This document shows, piece after piece, positions 36,309 through 41,073 of a stretch of DNA of 41,073 nucleotides. Position 1 is the first letter of the stretch. Each line of letters opens with the position of its first letter. Both the position numbers and the translations under genes were made by a program. The notes under the pieces were generated by a model that was given only the letters and a program-made list of their open reading frames with translations, did no database searches and was not told the origin of the DNA. The DNA lies in the IMG/VR virus record IMGVR_UViG_3300024275_000018, positions 1 through 41,073 of that record; one strand, written 5' to 3'. This stretch comes from a virus. Lineage: Duplodnaviria > Caudoviricetes.

Positions 36309-36556
36309 TTCCACTGAACCTCAACAAGGCCAGTGAGCGTCGCGGTCGCCGGAAGGCGTGTCAGCGGATCCATGAAGGGTTTCCCGCCCGCGGTGCGCTG
36401 AACGGTCACCGTGCCGCGTTCGACGTCATAGGCCGTGCAACGGTCCAGCTCGGCGCGATCGAGAAACACGCGCAGCTGCTGACGAAACCGCTTCCAGCCC
36501 GGCTCACCTGCTGCAAGGCGCGGCGGAGGCGCGGCAAGGTCGTGCCGCGCATTCAC
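36305..36556 (-). CDS. Hypothetical protein
   Basis: ATGA coupling at both ends. Confidence 0.65.
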   Translation of the reverse strand: MNARHDLAAPPPRLAAGEPGWKRFRQQLRVFLDRAELDRCTAYDVERGTVTVQRTAGGKPFMDPLTRLPATATLTGLVEVQWK

Positions 36557-36657
36557 AGCGCGCCTCGGCGGCGCAGCAGCGTCAGCAGGCCGAATGAAAC
36601 GCCGTCGTCCGGTGAGCGCTCGCTGTGGCGCCGGAACAGAGCCAACAACCGCTTCAC
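36553..36657 (-). CDS. 34-aa basic peptide
   Basis: MKRLLALFRRHSERSPDDGVSFGLLTLLRRRGAL*; GTGA and ATGA overlaps. Confidence 0.5.
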   Translation of the reverse strand: MKRLLALFRRHSERSPDDGVSFGLLTLLRRRGAL

Positions 36658-37241
36658 CGCGCGCCTCCGGCGGCGTCCCGGGCGGCGGCGGTCTGCAAGG
36701 CTGCCCATTTGGTCGGGAGCGCCGTCGTCCTGCCGGTGGCGGTGATAGTCACCACACGCATGGGGACACAATTCTCGTAGGCGAGCACCGATTCGATCAG
36801 CCCTTTGCGGATCAGCTCGCGCACCCGCCACTGGGCTTGATCGCGCGACGCCAGCCCGGCGAGCTTGGCCAGTTCGCTGTCCGTTGGGCAGGGCTGATTG
36901 AGGTTCGCAGCGCGCTTGATCGCGCGGAAGATCGTGTCGAGCTCTTCGCTCAGATTGTTCGGCGGACGTCCGCGCCGCGACGTCGCCGCCGGCTTTCGGG
37001 TGCGCATCACGAAATAGTTGCGCCCACCGCCCTGACGGCGCTCCTGGTGCGTCGTGACGTAGCCTTCCTGCGCAAGCGAGCGCGCATGGTCTGCGGTCTC
37101 GCCGCCGCGCAGGAATGGCACCTCAGCATAGACGAAGCGGTCTCCGGGTCCGGCGGTTGCCACGAACGCGTCGAGCTCGCGCATCGGCACGACGCGCTCC
37201 ATCCCGGTGAAGAATGCCTGATCTGCGAGCTTCCCCCCCAC
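36654..37241 (-). CDS. Winged-helix DNA-binding protein
   Basis: CPTDSELAKLAGL...VRELIRKGLI. Confidence 0.75.
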   Translation of the reverse strand: MGGKLADQAFFTGMERVVPMRELDAFVATAGPGDRFVYAEVPFLRGGETADHARSLAQEGYVTTHQERRQGGGRNYFVMRTRKPAATSRRGRPPNNLSEELDTIFRAIKRAANLNQPCPTDSELAKLAGLASRDQAQWRVRELIRKGLIESVLAYENCVPMRVVTITATGRTTALPTKWAALQTAAARDAAGGAR

Positions 37242-37247
37242 CTCGGC

Positions 37248-37469
37248 CTAACCCCGCTTGCGGTCGCGCCGCGTGTAGGTCGGAGGAGGTTCGTTGAACG
37301 CACCCTCGAGCACGGCCAACGCCAGTGCGGCGCATGGTGCGAGGATGAAGATGCAGACGAGGATCTCGAGCGCGGACCAATGGCTCGGCACCAGCGACCC
37401 TGCCACGGCGCTCATCAACGCATGGGCGATGACGGCGGCGAAGATGAAGATGAACAGGAAGCGGTTCAT
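37248..37469 (-). CDS. Small two-TM membrane protein
   Basis: Two hydrophobic segments; ATGA-coupled to the cro-like gene. Confidence 0.65.
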   Translation of the reverse strand: MNRFLFIFIFAAVIAHALMSAVAGSLVPSHWSALEILVCIFILAPCAALALAVLEGAFNEPPPTYTRRDRKRG

Positions 37470-37897
37470 GCGTCAGCTCCGGAGCATGAAGTCTGGTGAG
37501 GGGGCCCGTGGCCGTCCGCACCCGCCGTCGAACAGCGGGAGGAACCGTTCGCCTCGGACCGCGGCGGGCGCGCGGGCGTCTTCGAAGAGGTCGGCAAGGA
37601 AGCCCCCGTGGCTTTCACGGGGGCTTGCGAAAAAGGGAGCTGTTCCTCTCCTCCTTCCTCGATCGGCGGGGGCTCAACAGACAGCTTGGCGCGAAGCGCC
37701 GCTGCGGCATCCTTCTCGGCCATGAAGTCGCCAACCTTGGTCAGCGTGTCGAGGGTCGGCGACACGCCGTCGCGAAGACCGCGAATGAAATTGGGGTTGC
37801 TGACTGCATCGCGGCCGAAGCGCGTCTCCGCCATGTCGTGGCGAAGGCAGAAGGTCTCGATCAGTGTGAGCAGCTCGGCATGATTTGGAATGTCCAT
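37466..37897 (-). CDS. cro: Cro-like regulator with acidic/disordered tail
   Basis: IETFC..HDMAETRFGRDAVSNPNFIRGLRDG.SPTL; divergent from cI. Confidence 0.8.
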   Translation of the reverse strand: MDIPNHAELLTLIETFCLRHDMAETRFGRDAVSNPNFIRGLRDGVSPTLDTLTKVGDFMAEKDAAAALRAKLSVEPPPIEEGGEEQLPFSQAPVKATGASLPTSSKTPARPPRSEANGSSRCSTAGADGHGPPHQTSCSGADA

Positions 37898-37904
37898 GCG
37901 CTCG

Positions 37905-37994
37905 CTTGTCGTTCAACAAATTAAACACGTCAAGCCCGTTTGTTTAATTTATCCACAATTGTCCTAGCCGTAACGATGTTGGATAATCCCAACA
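37905..37994. promoter_or_regulatory. Immunity switch: pR-like promoter and 18-bp operators
   Basis: Minus strand TTGACG-17-GACAAG; TGTT-N10-AACA-type sites at 37910-37927 and 37977-37994, and a degenerate site at 37941-37958. Confidence 0.75.
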
Positions 37995-37996
37995 GC

Positions 37997-38752
37997 ATGA
38001 GCGAGGCTAAGGAGACGAGCGCGATGTATGACGCGCTGATGGCGGTGAAGCCCGAGGGCCTGTCGCTCAATCAATGGGCGAAGCGTGCCGGAATCAACCG
38101 CTCAATCTTCAATGGCATCCGTGCGCACGGCAACCCGACCTCGGGGACGCTGCATAAACTGCTCGACGCGATCGGCGTTAACCTGAACGAATTATATTCC
38201 AGAATGCCGGGTGACGATAACGGTTTGGTAAGAACCGAAGTCAAGGGTGCCGGGATGACCGCCCACGACGTCACTCGCGCGTGGCATGGGTCGCAGCCGC
38301 AGAAGCCGGTCCCGTTGCTCGGCTCGGCTTTTGGCGGTGAGTGGAGCGACGGCGTGGAGATGACCGAGCTGCACCTGGCGGACGTGCTCGATTATCTGAG
38401 CAGGCCTCCCTCGGTCGAGGGCGACAAGGATGCCTACGCGGTCGAGATCGTCGGCGATTCGATGGCGCCGCGGTTTGAGCCAGGCGAACGCGCGATTGTG
38501 TCATCACGCGCGCCGGTGCGGGTCGGCGATGACGTGATCGTTCAGCTCAAGAACTCCCGCCCGACAGCTAAGCCCGGAGAAGAGACCGTTCCCGATCTCG
38601 ATTTTGCCGAACGGGTGACGATGGTGCTGATCAAGCGCCTGGTGCGACGCACGCCCAGGGTTGTCGAGCTCAAGCAATTCAACCCGGAGCAAACCTTCGA
38701 AGTGCCGGTCGACCGGATCGCCGCGATCCATCGCGTTCGGGGCAGACTGTGA
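37997..38752 (+). CDS. cI: CI-like repressor (HTH plus S24 peptidase)
   Basis: N-terminal HTH, AFGG cleavage-site region, GDSMAP (Ser), LIKRL (Lys). Confidence 0.92.
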   Translation: MSEAKETSAMYDALMAVKPEGLSLNQWAKRAGINRSIFNGIRAHGNPTSGTLHKLLDAIGVNLNELYSRMPGDDNGLVRTEVKGAGMTAHDVTRAWHGSQPQKPVPLLGSAFGGEWSDGVEMTELHLADVLDYLSRPPSVEGDKDAYAVEIVGDSMAPRFEPGERAIVSSRAPVRVGDDVIVQLKNSRPTAKPGEETVPDLDFAERVTMVLIKRLVRRTPRVVELKQFNPEQTFEVPVDRIAAIHRVRGRL

Positions 38753-39144
38753 TCAGGGCGGCGCTCGCCTTGGCAGCTGCGGCGGCTGCGCAACCGCAGC
38801 AATTCGATCTGTCGTGTCAGGGACCGGGTGGAGCTGACGGAAAGACCACCATCGCCTGGACCGAACTCGCGATCGAGCTGCGCGTCGATTTGGCTGGCAA
38901 GCGCTGGTGCGAAGGCGACTGTAAGGCCATCCATCCCATTGCCGAGATCCAGCCGGCGAGCATCTGGCTCGAACACCAAAGCGAATACGAACGCGCGCGG
39001 CAGATCGTCCACTTTCGCACCCTCAATCGCGAGACCGGCGGATATACCCGAATCGAAGAGACCCGCTACGGCACGATCTCCCAGCACGGCCAGTGCACGG
39101 CCAAGCCGTTCAGCGGCTTCCCCGACATCAAGACCAAATTCTAA
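38749..39144 (+). CDS. Secreted four-Cys protein co-transcribed with cI
   Basis: Signal-peptide-like N-terminus, four Cys; GTGA overlap with cI. Confidence 0.75.
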   Translation: MIRAALALAAAAAAQPQQFDLSCQGPGGADGKTTIAWTELAIELRVDLAGKRWCEGDCKAIHPIAEIQPASIWLEHQSEYERARQIVHFRTLNRETGGYTRIEETRYGTISQHGQCTAKPFSGFPDIKTKF

Positions 39145-39210
39145 CCCTCTCTCCGCGCGCGATGCGACTTATCCACAACAAAAGGTGTGTTGCTCGTCCG
39201 GCGTGCCATG

Positions 39211-39266
39211 TGTTGAAGACAACGAACAAACCGGCTTGACTGTTTATTCTATTGAACAGATAAGAT
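39211..39266 (+). promoter_or_regulatory. pL-like promoter with two operators
   Basis: TTGACT(39236)-17-GATAAG; TGTTGAAGACAACGAACA (39211-39228) and TGTTTATTCTATTGAACA (39241-39258). Confidence 0.8.
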
Positions 39267-39290
39267 GCCTCCGAACCAACGGAGGCTCAG

Positions 39291-39704
39291 ATGCTCGCAC
39301 CGGACGCGACCTATCCTTACCCAGGCAGCTACGCGCTGCTGATCGATCTCGACCTGCCCTATCCCCAGCCGACCGAGCTGGTGCGGATCATGTGGCGCCG
39401 TGTCGACAACGCCGGCCGCGGCTTCGTGGCCGTGTCCTTTCCGATGCGCGATGGCGCCAGTGGCAACAAGGTTGTTCCAACTGATCGGCTGATCGACGGC
39501 ACCCCTTTGACCGGCGAGGAGACCCGCGAATTCCACGACCTCGACCGCGCGCTTGACGATCGTAACCCGCGCAATTTTTCCAAACGCCAGCGGGCCAAGG
39601 CCGCGCGGCGCGACGCACTCAAGCAGCGAATGATTTGGGTGCCCTGCCTGGCCAAACAGCTGCGCAACCTGCGCCAGCGAGCCGAGCAAAGGCAGGCCGC
39701 ATGA
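39291..39704 (+). CDS. Hypothetical early protein
   Basis: GGAGG RBS; first gene after pL. Confidence 0.8.
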   Translation: MLAPDATYPYPGSYALLIDLDLPYPQPTELVRIMWRRVDNAGRGFVAVSFPMRDGASGNKVVPTDRLIDGTPLTGEETREFHDLDRALDDRNPRNFSKRQRAKAARRDALKQRMIWVPCLAKQLRNLRQRAEQRQAA

Positions 39705-39922
39705 TCCGGTTCGCGCGCGCCGACGAAGATAGCGAAGGGACACGGCTGATCGCTGGCAGCGGCTTCGATTGCATCCGTGAGGGCAAGGTCGTCACCGTTC
39801 AGCGAGAGAATGCCGGACTGTTCGTCCCCTGCTCGCACGGCCGCCATTTCCTTGACGGTCAACTCGACCAGTTCGGCAACTACGTCGGCCTGTCGATCGT
39901 CGATCTGGCGGAGGCCGCCTGA
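39701..39922 (+). CDS. Hypothetical early protein
   Basis: ATGA start at 39701; GFDC..LFVPCSHGRHFLDGQ. Confidence 0.7.
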   Translation: MIRFARADEDSEGTRLIAGSGFDCIREGKVVTVQRENAGLFVPCSHGRHFLDGQLDQFGNYVGLSIVDLAEAA

Positions 39923-40107
39923 TGGCCCGCTCCACCGCAAAACTGCGGGCTGTGCCCGCTGCGCCCAAAGAACCCGCGCCGAGCCTCGCTTACGAATATG
40001 AGGAGCGCCAGCGCATGGCCGCAAAGGACTGGGCCGCAATCCATGTCCGTGGCGACCGCTCACCCCCACTCGATTTTTTCAATCGAATCGTGAGGTCTTG
40101 GCGATGA
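39922..40107 (+). CDS. Hypothetical early protein
   Basis: TGATG coupling, GGAGG RBS. Confidence 0.65.
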   Translation: MARSTAKLRAVPAAPKEPAPSLAYEYEERQRMAAKDWAAIHVRGDRSPPLDFFNRIVRSWR

Positions 40108-40541
40108 TCGATCCGCAGATCCTGATCGAGGCAGCATGCTTCGAGCGCGACCGGCGCGGCGAAAGCTATCCCGCGAAGATCGGAGCCGGAGCCGATATCG
40201 AGGCTTTGACAATCGACTTCCAATGCTGGTGCGCGATCGCCGGGTGGATGGAGACCGGCCGCTTCTTCGGGTTCCACGGTGGTGCCGAGCCGGAGCGCGA
40301 CGACGCACCATGGATCAGCTGGCCCCAGCTTGAGGCGGCGGCCGTGAGCGCGCTCACGCACAGCAACGCCAAATGCGATCGGCTATTTGCGGGTGGCGAA
40401 GGCGACGGCGAGACCTATGCCGAGGCCTGCAATCGCCGCGCCAAGCTCACCTGCATCCATCGCAAGGTTCAGCTCCACCGCCAGCTGATCGACAGCATCA
40501 ACGCCGAACTTCGCCAAACAAGGGAGGAAATTGCCGCATGA
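40104..40541 (+). CDS. Hypothetical early protein
   Basis: ATGA coupling at both ends. Confidence 0.7.
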   Translation: MIDPQILIEAACFERDRRGESYPAKIGAGADIEALTIDFQCWCAIAGWMETGRFFGFHGGAEPERDDAPWISWPQLEAAAVSALTHSNAKCDRLFAGGEGDGETYAEACNRRAKLTCIHRKVQLHRQLIDSINAELRQTREEIAA

Positions 40542-41073
40542 CAACGCTCACGGTCCAAGATCGCATCGCGCTAGCCGATGCCGCATATCACGAAGGGCGC
40601 ATCATCCAAGGCGACTGGCGTCGTACCAACGGCAAAGAACTGGTCTGCGCGCTGGCCGCGTTCGGACCCGACATAAATTCGGCCAGCGACTGTCCGGCCG
40701 AGCTAATGCCGGCATGGCTCGCCGAAATGGTGCCGGTTCTCGACGACGGGATCGCAGCGACCGACGTCCCGTGGTTCATGGGCGAGCTGCTTACCAGGGC
40801 AAAAGCATGGAGCATCCTCGACGACGCGGCGTGGGAACGGATCCGCACAGGTTACATGATCGGATTGGCGCGCCAGGCGCTCGTCAGCGCTGCTCCGGCC
40901 CAGCCTGAGCCAAAGCCAGATTACTGGCAGCCGATCGTCGACGCCGTCGAGCAGGTCGCGGCGGCCCTCCAGTCGGGCGACGAGACCGCCCTCAAAGAGG
41001 CAGAGGCGGCGGCTTGGGCGGCGGCTAGGGCGGCAGAGGCGGCGGCTAGGGCGGCAGAGGCGGCGGCTAGGGC
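40538..41073 (+). CDS. Ala-rich repeat protein (runs off the end, continues at base 1; not in the ORF track)
   Basis: GGGAGG RBS; MTTLTVQDRIALADAAYHEGRIIQGDW...CALAAFG..CPAELMPAWLA...EAEAAAWAAARAAEAAARAAEAAAR; open to the window end. Confidence 0.85.
   Translation, partial: MTTLTVQDRIALADAAYHEGRIIQGDWRRTNGKELVCALAAFGPDINSASDCPAELMPAWLAEMVPVLDDGIAATDVPWFMGELLTRAKAWSILDDAAWERIRTGYMIGLARQALVSAAPAQPEPKPDYWQPIVDAVEQVAAALQSGDETALKEAEAAAWAAARAAEAAARAAEAAAR
40997..41073 (+). repeat. In-frame 9/12/21-nt tandem repeats
   Basis: Units GCGGCAGAG and GCGGCGGCT(T/A)GG; continue at 1-32. Confidence 0.9.

Larger units (their letters stand above)
1..41073. mobile_element. Temperate siphophage genome (HK97-type head, GTA-like tail tip, serine integrase), apparently complete and circular
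   Basis: All modules are present (integration, immunity, replication, packaging, head, tail, lysis) and there are no host housekeeping genes. The two ends join inside one ORF, and the att core is flanked by phage DNA on both sides. Confidence 0.95.

Noticed and set aside
37900-39270. CtrA (TTAA-N7-TTAA) or alphaproteobacterial LexA (GTTC-N7-GTTC) boxes
   Set aside because: Only half-sites seen; the spacing does not fit.
40997-41073. CRISPR array, telomere or DGR repeat at the ends
   Set aside because: Short in-frame coding repeats without spacers; no cas or reverse transcriptase gene in the window.

Overview
The window is very probably one complete ~41 kb temperate siphophage genome in its circular, excised state, from a high-GC alphaproteobacterial host (Sphingomonadales is my inference). 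The assembly is broken inside an Ala-rich tandem repeat: the ORF running off the right end (40538..) resumes in frame at base 1. The minus strand carries, right to left: cro-like gene, early genes (C5 and N6 methyltransferases, ASCH, DUF5131), prim-pol/P4-type primase-helicase with an iteron-like repeat field, late regulator, HNH/cos/terminases, HK97-type head, neck and tail genes, a GTA-like tail tip, fibre genes and lysis genes. The plus strand carries cI, a secreted protein, the pL early operon, a large serine integrase and a moron. The most notable points are: (1) a moron pairing a fatty-acid hydroxylase/desaturase with a GT87-like membrane glycosyltransferase, a candidate glycolipid 'serotype conversion' system; (2) two fibre-module proteins, and possibly the capsid, with Sec signal-peptide-like N-termini; (3) an attP matching the tRNA-fMet 3' end inside the integrase ORF, so integration should rewrite the integrase C-terminus; (4) a five-hairpin late leader; (5) DnaA boxes at both immunity control regions; (6) two 11-codon bridging micro-ORFs. 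Family assignments come from motif recognition and synteny only; no searches were run.
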